DNA of 64,000 nucleotides from assembly GCA_017462265.1 (NCBI GenBank), contig JAFTRN010000050.1, positions 26,147-90,146 on the forward strand, given 5' to 3'. Origin of the DNA: Coprobacter sp. (GTDB lineage Bacteria > Bacteroidota > Bacteroidia > Bacteroidales > UBA11471). Positions within the stretch are counted from its first letter, which is position 1; each line of letters opens with the position of its first letter. The notes below the pieces were generated by a model that did no database searches, was not told where the DNA came from, and was given only the letters and a program-made list of their open reading frames with translations. This document shows, piece by piece, positions 18,251 to 28,721 of the stretch. A program made the position numbers and the translations under genes.

Positions 18251-20911
18251 TTAGAACTCTTGTCCCAAGATAAAGTGGAGTTGGCTTCCGCCTTTCTTGG
18301 TAGATGTAGGCAGCGGCTTGTCGAATCCATATCCCCAGTCGATACCCATCAATCCCACCATCGGCAGGAATATACGCACACCCACACCGGCCGACCGTTT
18401 CAGTTTGAAAGGATTGATTTTCTTCACCTCGGTCCATGCGTTACCGGCTTCGGCAAATGCCAACGCGTAAATAGTCGTAGATTCTTGCATCAATATAGGG
18501 AAGTGAAATTCCACACCAAGGCGGGTATAAGCATAGCCCTCTGATCCATAGGGGGTAAGAGAACCGTTTTCATAACCACGCAAGGCTATGGTCTCGGTCG
18601 CATAATTGTATGACGAACCGGTCATACCGTCACCACCCATATAGAAGGTCTCAAAGGGTGATTTTTTATGTTTGGTGTACGAACCCAAGACACCTAAGTC
18701 GAAACGGCCCATCATTACGAGCGTGTATTCCTTGTCCTCACCCACACCGAATGAATATACGGGAAGGTAGAACTTACTGTTGAATTTCCACTTGTGATAC
18801 TCTATCCAACGATACATCTTCTGCTGGTCATCGACATTCGTAGCGTCGAGATGTTCGTAATCGACTCCATCGAAGAGCGAATAGGGCGGTGTTATCTGCA
18901 ACGAAAGCGAGAATTGCGAACCCTTACGCGTGTAGATGGGGTTGTCGATAGAACTACGAGCCAATGTGAGTCCGAGCGTAATACTATGTGACGTACCGTT
19001 CTGCATACCGAAAAGGTATTGCCAGTCTTTCAGCTTATACAACTGATAGCCGAGGTCGGCCGAGAAGGTGAAGTAGTCGTCGGGCCAAGTAAGACGCTTC
19101 CCGAAACCAAGCACTATACCGAACATCTTGATGTACTTGTCGGGGTCTATGGCATAATCGTAATACGACGACGAAGAGTAGTTCGAGCCATAATAAGGAT
19201 CGTAGTAGTTGAAGTAGTTATCGTTATAATACGATGTACTCATCGCCGTCTGCTTACTATAATACATTGAGAAACTCAATGAATTGGGGCGTTTTCCGCG
19301 GAACCAAGGTTCGAGGAATGATAGGCTATATGACTGATAATAGCGGGCGTTGGTTTGTGCACTGAGCGTCAATGTCTGTCCGTCGCCTTGGGGTATAATA
19401 CCCTTATAGGTCTTAGGATTGAATAGGTTTCGTATTGAGAAATTTGTAAATTTCAAACTCAATCGACCGATGACGCCGGTCTGTCCCCAACCGGCCGACA
19501 ACTCTATCTGGTCATTTGCTTTCGACTCGAGCACATAGGTAATATCTACCGTACCGGTCTCCATATTCGGCTCGGGGCGTATGTCCATCGTTTCGGGGTT
19601 GAAATGGCCCATATTGGCTATCTCGCGCATAGAACGCATCAACTCCGAGCGGTTGAACAATTCACCCGGCAGGGTACGCAACTCACGACGCACCACATGC
19701 TCATACAAGCGGTCGTTACCTTCGATAATAACCTTATTGATATAAGCCTGCGGACCTTCAAAAATCGACAATTCGAGGTCGATGGAATCGTTTACCACGT
19801 TGCTCTCTACCGGACGCACCTGACAGAACAGATAACCATTGTCCATATAGATATTGGCCACGGCGTCCTCATCTTCCACGGTACGCTCTCTCAGAAGTTT
19901 CTGATTATACACATCGCCCGGTTTCATACGTAACACACGGTTCAATATATCGGTGGGATACACCGAGTTACCCACCCAGTTGATATTACGAATGAAATAT
20001 TTCTCTCCCTCTTCGAGATGGATATAAATATCCACGGTCTTATCATTATAAGGTACCACGCTGTCGGTTACTATCACGGCATCGCGATAACCCTTTTCGT
20101 TGTATTTACTGATTATATTCTGCAAGTCGGCGGCATATTTTTCCGGCACGAATTTTTTCGGACGGAAGATGGTGGGTAGGTAGAATCGCTGCGCCGTCTT
20201 TTTCATCGTCTTACGCACTTTGCGATCCGACAGAGCCTCGTTACCATCGATATATATCTTATGTATCTTGATTTTTGCCTTTTTATCGACCACTATATCT
20301 ACAATCACCTGATTTTCATTCGATAGGTCATCTTTTTGCAGAATAGTGACTTCAGCATTTTTGAAACCCTTTTCCTCGAAGAATCGTTTTACCAATATCT
20401 TCGCTCTATCGACCAAGTTGGGGGTTATCTGATTGCCTTTTATGAGTCCGAGACGTTGCTCCAACTCTTCTCGTTCCGATTTTTTGATACCCACATAGTT
20501 CACTTCGGATATACGGGGACGCTGTTGCAACGCGATATTGAGCCACACCTTATTGCCGGCAATCTTGGAAACGGAGATGGATACGTCGGAGAACAAACCT
20601 TGTTTCCAAAAACGTTTTATGGCATTGGTTACCGCGTCGCCGGGTATCTCTATCACATCTCCTACCGAGAGACCCGAATAGCCTATAATCACAAAATCCT
20701 CGTAGTTGTCGGTTGCACCCGACACCGATATATCGGCGATTTCGTAGCGCCGGGGCATCGAGGCGTAATTTATTTCGGGATTATATATTGTATCGACCGG
20801 AGCCTCCGTCGGAGCCTGAGCCACAACCGACGTAGGGAACGTCCATGTCGCCAGAGACAGCACGACCAATGTCACTATACGGATTATATAATTGGGGTAT
20901 TTTTGTATCAT
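18251..20911 (-). CDS. bamA: outer membrane protein assembly factor BamA
   Basis: The 886-aa protein has POTRA-like repeats and a C-terminal beta-barrel ending ...[12 protein letters not shown]. The uppS-bamA-skp order is conserved. Confidence 0.9.
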   Translation of the reverse strand: MIQKYPNYIIRIVTLVVLSLATWTFPTSVVAQAPTEAPVDTIYNPEINYASMPRRYEIADISVSGATDNYEDFVIIGYSGLSVGDVIEIPGDAVTNAIKRFWKQGLFSDVSISVSKIAGNKVWLNIALQQRPRISEVNYVGIKKSEREELEQRLGLIKGNQITPNLVDRAKILVKRFFEEKGFKNAEVTILQKDDLSNENQVIVDIVVDKKAKIKIHKIYIDGNEALSDRKVRKTMKKTAQRFYLPTIFRPKKFVPEKYAADLQNIISKYNEKGYRDAVIVTDSVVPYNDKTVDIYIHLEEGEKYFIRNINWVGNSVYPTDILNRVLRMKPGDVYNQKLLRERTVEDEDAVANIYMDNGYLFCQVRPVESNVVNDSIDLELSIFEGPQAYINKVIIEGNDRLYEHVVRRELRTLPGELFNRSELMRSMREIANMGHFNPETMDIRPEPNMETGTVDITYVLESKANDQIELSAGWGQTGVIGRLSLKFTNFSIRNLFNPKTYKGIIPQGDGQTLTLSAQTNARYYQSYSLSFLEPWFRGKRPNSLSFSMYYSKQTAMSTSYYNDNYFNYYDPYYGSNYSSSSYYDYAIDPDKYIKMFGIVLGFGKRLTWPDDYFTFSADLGYQLYKLKDWQYLFGMQNGTSHSITLGLTLARSSIDNPIYTRKGSQFSLSLQITPPYSLFDGVDYEHLDATNVDDQQKMYRWIEYHKWKFNSKFYLPVYSFGVGEDKEYTLVMMGRFDLGVLGSYTKHKKSPFETFYMGGDGMTGSSYNYATETIALRGYENGSLTPYGSEGYAYTRLGVEFHFPILMQESTTIYALAFAEAGNAWTEVKKINPFKLKRSAGVGVRIFLPMVGLMGIDWGYGFDKPLPTSTKKGGSQLHFILGQEF

Positions 20912-21645
20912 AGTTGTTCACTGATTTTTCCAAATCGACGTTCGCGCGACTGGTAATCATAAATTGCTTTATAGAGACTCTCCGCATCGAAGTCGGGCCA
21001 ATATTGCGGAGTGAAATACAATTCGGCATAGGCGGCCTGCCACATCAAGAAGTTGCTTATGCGATATTCTCCGCCGGTGCGTATCAGCAAATCGGGATCG
21101 GGAATATCGGCCGTAGTGAGACGCGATGAGAGCATCGTCTCATCTATCTCTTCGACTGCAATACGACCGCTTGCGACATCGGCAGCCAAGGTTCGTGCCG
21201 CCCGCACCAACTCCCAACGCGAAGAATAGCTGAGTGCCAACACCAAGGTAAGCCCGGTATTGTCTGCGGTCTGTTGTATGCAACGAGTGAGCCGTTGGCG
21301 TACCTCGGACGGCATACGCTCCAAATCGCCTATCGCGGTAAGACGCACATTGTTCTCCATCAGCTCGGGTGTCTCGTGCTCTATGGCCATCACCATAAGG
21401 GCCATCAAAGCATCGACCTCGGCCTGAGGGCGCGACCAGTTTTCGGTAGAGAAAGTGTAGAGTGTCAAATATTTCACACCGATTTCTCCGGCCGCACGGG
21501 TTATTTTGCGAACCGACTCCACCCCCTGTCTATGGCCACACGAACGATCCTCGCCACGCTCTTTAGCCCAGCGACCGTTTCCGTCCATGATAATAGCTAT
21601 ATGGCGGGGAAGTCTGTCCTTGTCTATTTTATCTATAAACGACAT
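20908..21645 (-). CDS. uppS: isoprenyl transferase / undecaprenyl diphosphate synthase
   Basis: [13 protein letters not shown]...[14 protein letters not shown]...[23 protein letters not shown] are cis-prenyltransferase motifs. The stop overlaps the bamA start (ATGA). Confidence 0.9.
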   Translation of the reverse strand: MSFIDKIDKDRLPRHIAIIMDGNGRWAKERGEDRSCGHRQGVESVRKITRAAGEIGVKYLTLYTFSTENWSRPQAEVDALMALMVMAIEHETPELMENNVRLTAIGDLERMPSEVRQRLTRCIQQTADNTGLTLVLALSYSSRWELVRAARTLAADVASGRIAVEEIDETMLSSRLTTADIPDPDLLIRTGGEYRISNFLMWQAAYAELYFTPQYWPDFDAESLYKAIYDYQSRERRFGKISEQL

Positions 21646-21666
21646 ATCGTCTTGTCTGTTTTCTCG

Positions 21667-22335
21667 TTACAGATTATTACAAATCATACCTTTCCGTCCT
21701 ATATCATACGATATGGAAATCATGGTAAAAGAGTACCAATCGGTATTCTTGAAAGCGGAACTCGTGATATGCAACGGATCGTTGAGAGCCTTTCCATCGA
21801 GCTTATCACCCAATGACTTGCGCATCGTAAATTCCAACCCTATATTCCATCGACGTGCGATTTTATATTTCAGACCTACACCCATAGGTATATTCACGCT
21901 GAAATATCCATCGCCCTTGCATGGTACCGCCGTGAAGCCCAATCCCGCCACAATATAGGGCGAGAATCGTCGGGTTTCTTTGAACGACTCTCCCACGCCG
22001 TAATGGAAAAAGTTAAACTCGGCTTGCGCGCCAAAGTCCAACACCTGTCGGCTGAACGTGTAATTCTCTCCGGCAGGAAACACGTTGCTCCACCCCTCGG
22101 TAGAGCCTTTTGCCCGCATCGTGGCAAAATTATATTTTATCGCCCAACGATAGTTGATATTCTGCCTGAATATCATACCAAAAGCCGCACCCGGCTCTTT
22201 GAAAGGCTTGACATTGGCATCGCCGACATAAAATCCCAGTCCTGCCGCCGCTCCTATTTCATATTTATATTCTTGTGCCATTGCTATGCCGGGCACAAGC
22301 ATCATCAAGATAATTATCGCGAGAACTTTCCTCAT
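21667..22335 (-). CDS. outer-membrane beta-barrel protein (DUF6089-like)
   Basis: The protein has a signal peptide, alternating hydrophobic beta-strand patterns and an aromatic C-terminus. It sits upstream of uppS, as I recall for Bacteroides. Confidence 0.6.
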   Translation of the reverse strand: MRKVLAIIILMMLVPGIAMAQEYKYEIGAAAGLGFYVGDANVKPFKEPGAAFGMIFRQNINYRWAIKYNFATMRAKGSTEGWSNVFPAGENYTFSRQVLDFGAQAEFNFFHYGVGESFKETRRFSPYIVAGLGFTAVPCKGDGYFSVNIPMGVGLKYKIARRWNIGLEFTMRKSLGDKLDGKALNDPLHITSSAFKNTDWYSFTMISISYDIGRKGMICNNL

Positions 22336-22415
22336 TTTCGGGTTCTTATTTCGTCTTTACAATACTAAAAACGGCAAAAAGCCTCAAAAAATTATCCGGT
22401 TCTCCTATTTTTATC

Positions 22416-23945
22416 TTAAAAGGTAAATCGGGTTATCACACCTCGACATATTTCGTCGATCAATACGTCCTCACTGTCGTAACCGCCAAAGACATACACA
22501 TAGGGCACAATCTCATTGCGTCCGCGAGTGCTATACGAGAGGAAAGAGGTATCGAGGAGACGCCACCCCGGCGACATCGACAGCACGGCATTAGCCGGCT
22601 CTTGCACCACACAGGCCGAGGCATATATTCTCGGTTCGAAGCCCTTAGCCGACACATACAGCGGAGTGCCTTGCGCCGCTTTTTCCCAATATCCGCCAAT
22701 CGTATTGGTGTAATAGAGGTCATTGCGCACACCCGAGGCATCTTTTCCTCCTAATATATAATAGTAGGGCTTCCGAGTATAGAGGTCGTTTTCGGCATCA
22801 TAATCATCTTGATAATAGGCAAAGAACAGCGCGCCCTCTCTCGGTGATATTGAGGCTCCGGCACCACCGTCGAGGCCCACATTCGATATGGCCGCCCAAC
22901 GCTCGCCGTCGTAGGCCCATATGTGAGAGCTATACGCGCCATCGGTCCGTTTCCCTCCGAAGAAATATATCTGAGAGACGCCGTATTTATCGTCTTGATA
23001 CGAAAGTGTGGCGCTATGTCCCGATATGGGGAATTCGGTTGCGACCGCCACTTCCGCCTCGTACTCTCCGGCAGTATAGGAGGCATGAGCATATCCGGTC
23101 TCTGTCGCCGCTACACCCAATAAACGGTTTTCCCACACACCGATAAGTGCGCTGAATTGTGCCGCAGTTGCCGACCAATTCACGCCATCGACCGAGGTTG
23201 CCAACTGCATATTTCCCAATGAATCGGGCTGTCCGCACAACGCATACAACGTATCGGCCGAAGCGACAATCGATGCGACCGACAGAGTGTCATTCACCGG
23301 AGAAAATGCGGTTGCCGTCCATTCGGACAAGGGCGTATCGGCAACGCCCACGCTATACGACGAGCCATTTGTGGTGAAGCAATATATTTCACCGCCATAC
23401 TCGACTGTCTTCTGCATCGACGGAACCGCTATCGTCGAGGGCAACACATGCGAACCCACACCCGTCCATACGAGCGAATCGGCCTGCACTTGATGCACCA
23501 AGACCTTTATCCTATAATTTTGCGTAGTGATACCGTTAGAGGCCACCACTTTCATTTTTACATCGTTATTGAAATCGATAGAATCGCTGTCGTCTTCGAA
23601 ATAATCGATTGTCTGCAACAATTGACCGCTCTCCTTGTTATAGACCGTGATTTCCACCTCCGATGCCGACGCAAATGTAATATCGGGCACAAGCGCCGAA
23701 ATATCGGTACCATAGGGCAACGAATCGGGATTGAAAATCAATCCATTGACCAAATCTATGGTAAAATAACGATAGGCCAGATTGTTCAATATATTCACAT
23801 CGGCTTGCAACGCGAATGTACGCACCATCGTGTTTGAATATGATGTGTATATATCCGCATCGTCATCATCGTTCAAGCACGACGAAAATATGCCGGTCAA
23901 TGCGCAAACCAATATTGTTCCAAAAAAATATTTCAAAAATTTCAT
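22416..23945 (-). CDS. putative lipoprotein of unknown function
   Basis: I moved the start to MKFLKYFFGTILVCALTGIFSSC, a lipobox with Cys followed by LNDDDD. The rest is beta-rich. Confidence 0.6.
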   Translation of the reverse strand: MKFLKYFFGTILVCALTGIFSSCLNDDDDADIYTSYSNTMVRTFALQADVNILNNLAYRYFTIDLVNGLIFNPDSLPYGTDISALVPDITFASASEVEITVYNKESGQLLQTIDYFEDDSDSIDFNNDVKMKVVASNGITTQNYRIKVLVHQVQADSLVWTGVGSHVLPSTIAVPSMQKTVEYGGEIYCFTTNGSSYSVGVADTPLSEWTATAFSPVNDTLSVASIVASADTLYALCGQPDSLGNMQLATSVDGVNWSATAAQFSALIGVWENRLLGVAATETGYAHASYTAGEYEAEVAVATEFPISGHSATLSYQDDKYGVSQIYFFGGKRTDGAYSSHIWAYDGERWAAISNVGLDGGAGASISPREGALFFAYYQDDYDAENDLYTRKPYYYILGGKDASGVRNDLYYTNTIGGYWEKAAQGTPLYVSAKGFEPRIYASACVVQEPANAVLSMSPGWRLLDTSFLSYSTRGRNEIVPYVYVFGGYDSEDVLIDEICRGVITRFTF

Positions 23946-23996
23946 ACCTGAATCGAGGTTTTGTCCTACTGAAGGTGTTCTAATTTTGTTTCGTAA

Positions 23997-24057
23997 AACC
24001 GAAACTTCGTTTTTTTGAAGCCGCAATAAATTTTCCAAGAAATTCAAAACAACTTCT
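23997..24057 (+). repeat. dispersed intergenic repeat, copy A
   Basis: The copy reads aaccgaaacttcgtttttttgaagccgcaataaattttccaagaaattcaaaacaacttct. It lies between a TAnnTTTG box (24065-24072, minus strand) and the lipoprotein start at 23945. Confidence 0.75.
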
Positions 24058-24064
24058 AAGGGTG

Positions 24065-24072
24065 CAAAAATA
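24065..24072 (-). promoter_or_regulatory. -7 promoter box (TATTTTTG on the minus strand) for the lipoprotein gene
   Basis: The plus strand reads caaaaata. The box would give a leader of ~115 nt that contains repeat copy A. Confidence 0.4.
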
Positions 24073-24163
24073 GTAAGAATTTCGGCTTTTCCCCTCTTTT
24101 TAGAGTATATTTATATTTATTTATAGATAAATAGTAATCAAAACCATGCTTTAAAGGCCTTTT

Positions 24164-25225
24164 TTACCGATGAAAATAGGTTGCGATCTCTCGTTCCCCG
24201 AATTTTCGCCTCTTGCTCGACGTATATCCACGAAGTATCGGTGCAGCCACCCCCTCCGTCAATTCTATCGGAGCGGTCTCCACGTGCGCCTCATTCCACA
24301 AACCGGAGTCGATAAACTGTTGCGATGTATAAGCTCCGCCCTCCACCAACAAAGACGTTACGCCCTTGATATACAAATTTTCCAAGATTTGCGGTAATAC
24401 CTGCGCGGTATAATCTATCGCGATAACCTCCACACCCGGCGACACACTTGGCACAACAGCCGTATCAGGTACAAAAAGCAACGTGGGTCGGTCGTCGGCC
24501 AATAGGCGTGTATGCACCAAACGGTCGAGGTTTCCGGCCACCAGCACCCTCATCGGCGACCTACGCCCGGGCCAATGTCGTAGCGAAAGCGATGGATTGT
24601 CGAACATGGCCGTTCCGGCACCTACCATGATAGCGTCGCACTCGGCACGCAACTTATGCGCCCATTGCCTCGTCAGCTCATCTGAGAATTTCTGCGGTTC
24701 CTCATCGGGAGTACGTCGGCGGTCGATAAATCCGTCACGGCTTTGGGCCCATTTCAGCACCACATAAGGTCGTCGAGTAGCGTGTGCCGTCATAAACGCC
24801 CGGTTTTGCTCCCGACATTCAGCCTCGAGCACACCCGTTATCACCTCCACTCCGGCCTCTCGCAGCATAGCCACACCTCGGCCCGACACCTCGGGAAAAG
24901 GATCGAGACAGCCCACCACCACACGAGGTATCTTCTTATCTATAATCAATTTACTACAAGGCGGAGTTTTCCCGTAATGCGAACAGGGCTCGAGCGATAC
25001 ATACAATGTAGAGCGACTCAGCAAGGTTTCATTCCCCACCGAGGCCACAGCGTTCACCTCGGCATGCGCCTCACCATATCGACGATGATACCCCTCACCT
25101 ATGATGCGGCCATCACACACGATTACAGCGCCCACCATCGGGTTGGGCGACACATACCCCCTGCCCGCCTCGGCAAGTTGTAAACAGCGCCGCATATAGC
25201 ACCGGTCTATCTCGGAAGATCTCAT
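24164..25225 (-). CDS. ribD: bifunctional riboflavin biosynthesis deaminase/reductase RibD
   Basis: MRRCLQLAEAGRGYVSPNPMVGAVIV...HAEVNA...LYVSLEPCSHYGKTPPC is the CMP/dCMP deaminase zinc motif, followed by a reductase domain. I moved the start to ATG 25225. Confidence 0.9.
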   Translation of the reverse strand: MRSSEIDRCYMRRCLQLAEAGRGYVSPNPMVGAVIVCDGRIIGEGYHRRYGEAHAEVNAVASVGNETLLSRSTLYVSLEPCSHYGKTPPCSKLIIDKKIPRVVVGCLDPFPEVSGRGVAMLREAGVEVITGVLEAECREQNRAFMTAHATRRPYVVLKWAQSRDGFIDRRRTPDEEPQKFSDELTRQWAHKLRAECDAIMVGAGTAMFDNPSLSLRHWPGRRSPMRVLVAGNLDRLVHTRLLADDRPTLLFVPDTAVVPSVSPGVEVIAIDYTAQVLPQILENLYIKGVTSLLVEGGAYTSQQFIDSGLWNEAHVETAPIELTEGVAAPILRGYTSSKRRKFGEREIATYFHR

Positions 25226-25256
25226 AATTTTCAAGTCAAAATTTAGAAGTTGGAGG

Positions 25257-25312
25257 AACCGAAACCTTTTGAAGCCGTAATAATTTTTCCAAGAAAATTT
25301 CAAACAGCTTCT
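25257..25312 (+). repeat. dispersed intergenic repeat, copy B
   Basis: The copy reads aaccgaaaccttttgaagccgtaataatttttccaagaaaatttcaaacagcttct. In my hand alignment, 41 of the last 44 positions are identical to copy C. Confidence 0.8.
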
Positions 25313-25334
25313 TGATTTCACACAAGGATTATAC

Positions 25335-25342
25335 TACCTTTG
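25335..25342 (+). promoter_or_regulatory. -7 promoter box TACCTTTG, 4 nt before the prmC ATG
   Basis: The sequence is tacctttgccttATG. The spacing implies a leaderless or nearly leaderless mRNA. Confidence 0.4.
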
Positions 25343-25346
25343 CCTT

Positions 25347-26189
25347 ATGCAAAAAAATACCACACTCATACGGCAATCGCTCATCGGCATATACCCCGAA
25401 GAAGAAATCAGAGCCATTTCACGCCTGATATGGGAAGAGGTATGCGGTTACACACCGGTAGAGGTAATCCTGCACAAAGATACAATTTTAGATGAAAACA
25501 TAGGCAAAAAAATCGCATCAATAGTAAGGCGTCTCACACAAAGAGAACCCATACAGTACATCTTGGGGTTTGCCCATTTCGACGGACATAAATTCACCGT
25601 AACCCGCGACACACTCATACCTCGCCCCGAGACCGAGGAATTGGTCGCGCTCATCGCCCGAGAATCGCCGACAGATCACCGATTGGCCGACATCGGGACC
25701 GGCAGCGGTTGCATCGCCATATCACTGGCACATCGTCACCCCGAGTGGCGCGTTGAGGGGTGGGACATCTCCGAGAAAGCCTTAGAGATAGCCCGGCAGA
25801 ACAACCGCGACATCGACACAAATGTATCTTTCAAAATATGCGACATACTGACCTTCACCCCCTCGCCACACGACATCGGCAGTTACGACATAATCGTCAG
25901 CAACCCGCCCTACATCGTACCCTCGGAGAAATGTGCCATGGCGAGAAATGTGCTCGAATACGAGCCACATAGCGCGCTGTTTGTTCCCGAAGAGGAGCCG
26001 TTGCTATTCTACAAAAGTATCGCCGATTGCGCCCTCGGGCTATTACGCCGGGGAGGAAGATTGTATTTCGAAATAAACCCTCTCTTCGCCCAAGAGACGA
26101 CATCGATGCTCGACGACTATGGCTATACCGACATCGCCCTGCACCAAGACTTCTGCGACCGCCAACGTTTCATCTCAGCCACCCGATAA
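25347..26189 (+). CDS. prmC: peptide chain release factor N5-glutamine methyltransferase
   Basis: ADIGTGSGCIAISLA is the SAM-binding motif and IIVSNPPYI is the NPPY catalytic motif. Confidence 0.85.
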   Translation: MQKNTTLIRQSLIGIYPEEEIRAISRLIWEEVCGYTPVEVILHKDTILDENIGKKIASIVRRLTQREPIQYILGFAHFDGHKFTVTRDTLIPRPETEELVALIARESPTDHRLADIGTGSGCIAISLAHRHPEWRVEGWDISEKALEIARQNNRDIDTNVSFKICDILTFTPSPHDIGSYDIIVSNPPYIVPSEKCAMARNVLEYEPHSALFVPEEEPLLFYKSIADCALGLLRRGGRLYFEINPLFAQETTSMLDDYGYTDIALHQDFCDRQRFISATR

Positions 26190-26192
26190 GTC

Positions 26193-26687
26193 ATGAAAAA
26201 AAGTCTCACACCCGACGAAGCCCTGTTTCGAGCCGCCGCCTATTGCTCCACCGGCGAGAAATGCCGTAGCGATATCGCCGAGAAGCTCGGCAAATGGGGT
26301 ATCGCCCGAGACAAGGCCGCGCTCATCATCGAGCACCTCGAAAACGAGGGCTACATCAACGAGCAGAGATATTGTCGGAGTTTCGTCAATGACAAAATAA
26401 AATTCGACGGCTGGGGCCGAACAAAAATCGTTTACGTCCTGAAACAAAAAGGATTGCCGGCAACTTACATCAATGAGGCCATCACCCATATCGATGACGA
26501 GGAGTATAAAAACAGGCTCGAAGATTTATTGAACAAGAAACGCAAAACCTTACGAAGCGACGATGAACGAAACATTCGCGCAAAGTTGATGCGATTTGCC
26601 TCCTCCCGAGGATTTGAATTACCATATATATACAAAATACTCGGTCGCACAGGCGCGCCTGACGAAGAATACGATTATGACGATTAG
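26193..26687 (+). CDS. recX: regulatory protein RecX
   Basis: The 164-aa protein, AAAYCSTGEKCRSDIAEKLGKWGI...EGYINEQRYCRSFVNDKIKFDGWGRTKI, fits the RecX repeat pattern. Confidence 0.75.
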   Translation: MKKSLTPDEALFRAAAYCSTGEKCRSDIAEKLGKWGIARDKAALIIEHLENEGYINEQRYCRSFVNDKIKFDGWGRTKIVYVLKQKGLPATYINEAITHIDDEEYKNRLEDLLNKKRKTLRSDDERNIRAKLMRFASSRGFELPYIYKILGRTGAPDEEYDYDD

Positions 26688-27360
26688 CCCCCTGTTCGAC
26701 CTGTTTTACCCCCGATTGTGCGTGGTGTGCGGACGTCGATTACACGACGACGAGCGACATTTGTGCTTGCACTGCCTGCAACATCTGCCACGCACCGGGT
26801 TCCACACCGAGGCGAGCCACGCCATGGAACAACTCTTCCGTGGCAAAGCCGATATAGTACACGCTATTGCCTATTTCTATACTTCGCCCCAATCGGAATA
26901 TCGCCACATACTGCACCACATCAAGTACCACGATGGCAAGGAATGTGCCCGCTACTTGGGCCGTCTGTATGCCTCAGAGTTGGCCGGGTCGGACATCTTG
27001 CATGACATCGACCTTATAATACCCGTACCTCTACACCGTAAGCGTCTGCACAGTCGGGGATACAACCAGAGTGAATGGATAGCCCGGGGCATAGCCGAAG
27101 TCATCGGAATACCCCTTGATACCCGGTCGCTCATACGCTACGTAGCCAATCCGTCGCAAACCCGCCTCTCCCTATACGAGCGATGGATAAACACGCAAAG
27201 TATTTTCGCGTTATCCGACAGCCACAACATACAGGGTCGCAACATTCTACTCATCGACGACATCGTCACCACGGGGGCCACACTATTGGCTTGTGTCAAT
27301 ACCCTGAACGAAGCCTATCCCGGCAGTGTTTCGCTCCTCACCCTCTCCATTGCCCGATAA
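26677..27360 (+). CDS. comF: ComF-family phosphoribosyltransferase-domain protein
   Basis: The N-terminus has the zinc-finger-like CVVCGRRL...CLHCL. The C-terminus has the PRTase motif ILLIDDIVTTGATL. I moved the start to ATG 26677. Confidence 0.8.
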   Translation: MTISPLFDLFYPRLCVVCGRRLHDDERHLCLHCLQHLPRTGFHTEASHAMEQLFRGKADIVHAIAYFYTSPQSEYRHILHHIKYHDGKECARYLGRLYASELAGSDILHDIDLIIPVPLHRKRLHSRGYNQSEWIARGIAEVIGIPLDTRSLIRYVANPSQTRLSLYERWINTQSIFALSDSHNIQGRNILLIDDIVTTGATLLACVNTLNEAYPGSVSLLTLSIAR

Positions 27361-27422
27361 GTAGCAAGAAGCGCATAATTTCTCGGCAATTTGATAAAAA
27401 TACGTCCCAAAAGACCTTATAA

Positions 27423-27483
27423 ACGCCGAAACTTTGTTTTTGAAGCCGTAATAAGTTTTTCAAGAAAATTTTAAACAGCTTCT
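27423..27483 (+). repeat. dispersed intergenic repeat, copy C
   Basis: The copy reads acgccgaaactttgtttttgaagccgtaataagtttttcaagaaaattttaaacagcttct, between comF and pyrE. Confidence 0.8.
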
Positions 27484-27555
27484 TATTATTAGAAATTTTC
27501 CGCAAAAGTTCTAAAAATTTCTCAAACACTCTTTTATATTCCTATTCTTTTTTCG

Positions 27556-27563
27556 TACCTTTG
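27556..27563 (+). promoter_or_regulatory. -7 promoter box TACCTTTG upstream of pyrE
   Basis: The TAnnTTTG motif lies ~80 nt before ATG 27645. Confidence 0.45.
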
Positions 27564-27644
27564 TCTGCTTGAAATAGGTATTGACACAATGCTATACTTA
27601 CAACCATTCGACAAATAAAATATCAACCACAAATAATACAAATT

Positions 27645-28283
27645 ATGAAAACCTTAGAGCGTTTAGTTGCGGAAAAATTACTGAAAATCAGCGCAGTAAA
27701 ATTACAACCAGCTATTCCCTTCACATGGGCATCGGGCTGGAAGTCACCCATTTACACCGACAATCGTAAAACACTCTCCTATCCTGCCGTTCGCAGTTTC
27801 ATCAAAATAGAACTGTGTCGTCTCATTCTCGAGAAATTTGAGAATATCGACGCCATAGCCGGTGTAGCAACCGGAGCCATCGCACAAGGCGCGCTCGTTG
27901 CCGAGCAATTGGGCTTGCCCTACGTATATGTGCGCTCGGCACCCAAAGATCACGGTCTCGAAAACCTCATCGAAGGAAACCTCATTCCCGGCCAACGTGT
28001 CGTAGTGATCGAGGACCTCATTTCGACCGGCGGCAGCAGTCTCAAAGCCGTGGAAGCCATTCGCAACGTAGGTTGCGAAGTAGCCGGTATGGCCGCAATA
28101 TTCTCTTATCGTTTCCCTGTAGCCGAGGAGCGTTTCAAAAACGCCAAGGTCGATGTCGTGACACTCAGCCACTACGAAGCCGTGCTCGATGCCGCCTTGA
28201 AGACCGGATATATCACCGAGGCCGACCTCGAAACCTTGAAAGAATGGCGTAAAGATCCCGCCGCTTGGAACCCCGGAAAATAA
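27645..28283 (+). CDS. pyrE: orotate phosphoribosyltransferase
   Basis: FTWASGWKSPIYTDNR and the PRPP motif VVVIEDLISTGGSS are present. Confidence 0.9.
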   Translation: MKTLERLVAEKLLKISAVKLQPAIPFTWASGWKSPIYTDNRKTLSYPAVRSFIKIELCRLILEKFENIDAIAGVATGAIAQGALVAEQLGLPYVYVRSAPKDHGLENLIEGNLIPGQRVVVIEDLISTGGSSLKAVEAIRNVGCEVAGMAAIFSYRFPVAEERFKNAKVDVVTLSHYEAVLDAALKTGYITEADLETLKEWRKDPAAWNPGK

Positions 28284-28300
28284 CAAGAAACACCGCCGTA

Positions 28301-28714
28301 ATGACATCTTTCGAAAGTACCGTAAAAACCATTCCTGCCTCGATAGGAAAAGTTTTCGCTATGTTATCGGACCTCTCCAACTTGGAGCGTATCCGCGACA
28401 GAATACCCGAAGATAAAATTCAAAAATTCACCTGCGACAGAGATAATTGCAGTTTTTCCGTGAACCCCATCGGAAAAATTGCAATACACGTCGTGGAGCG
28501 CGAACCGGAGAAAACCATCAAATTTGAGACCTGCGAATCTCCGATTCCGTTTTTCATCTGGATACAATTACTCCCCACACCCGAGGATAATACGGCCATG
28601 AAGCTCACGCTACGTGCCGAGCTCAACCCGTTTATCAAAGGTATGATTTCAAAACAACTGCAAGACGGCATCAACAAAATAGCCGATGCAATAGTTCTTA
28701 TTCCGTTCGATTAA
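28301..28714 (+). CDS. SRPBCC-superfamily protein (function unknown)
   Basis: The protein is ~137 aa. Its N-terminus has the START/Bet-v1-like pattern F.S...I.AS...VFAMLSDLSNL. I moved the start to ATG 28301. Confidence 0.5.
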   Translation: MTSFESTVKTIPASIGKVFAMLSDLSNLERIRDRIPEDKIQKFTCDRDNCSFSVNPIGKIAIHVVEREPEKTIKFETCESPIPFFIWIQLLPTPEDNTAMKLTLRAELNPFIKGMISKQLQDGINKIADAIVLIPFD

Positions 28715-28721
28715 ATTACTC

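Noticed and set aside
25226-25346. An FMN riboswitch expected upstream of ribD
   Set aside because: The 5' region is only ~120 nt and is occupied by repeat copy B. None of the conserved FMN-aptamer segments (GC-rich AGGG...GGGCGAAA...CCCACCGG-type cores) are present.
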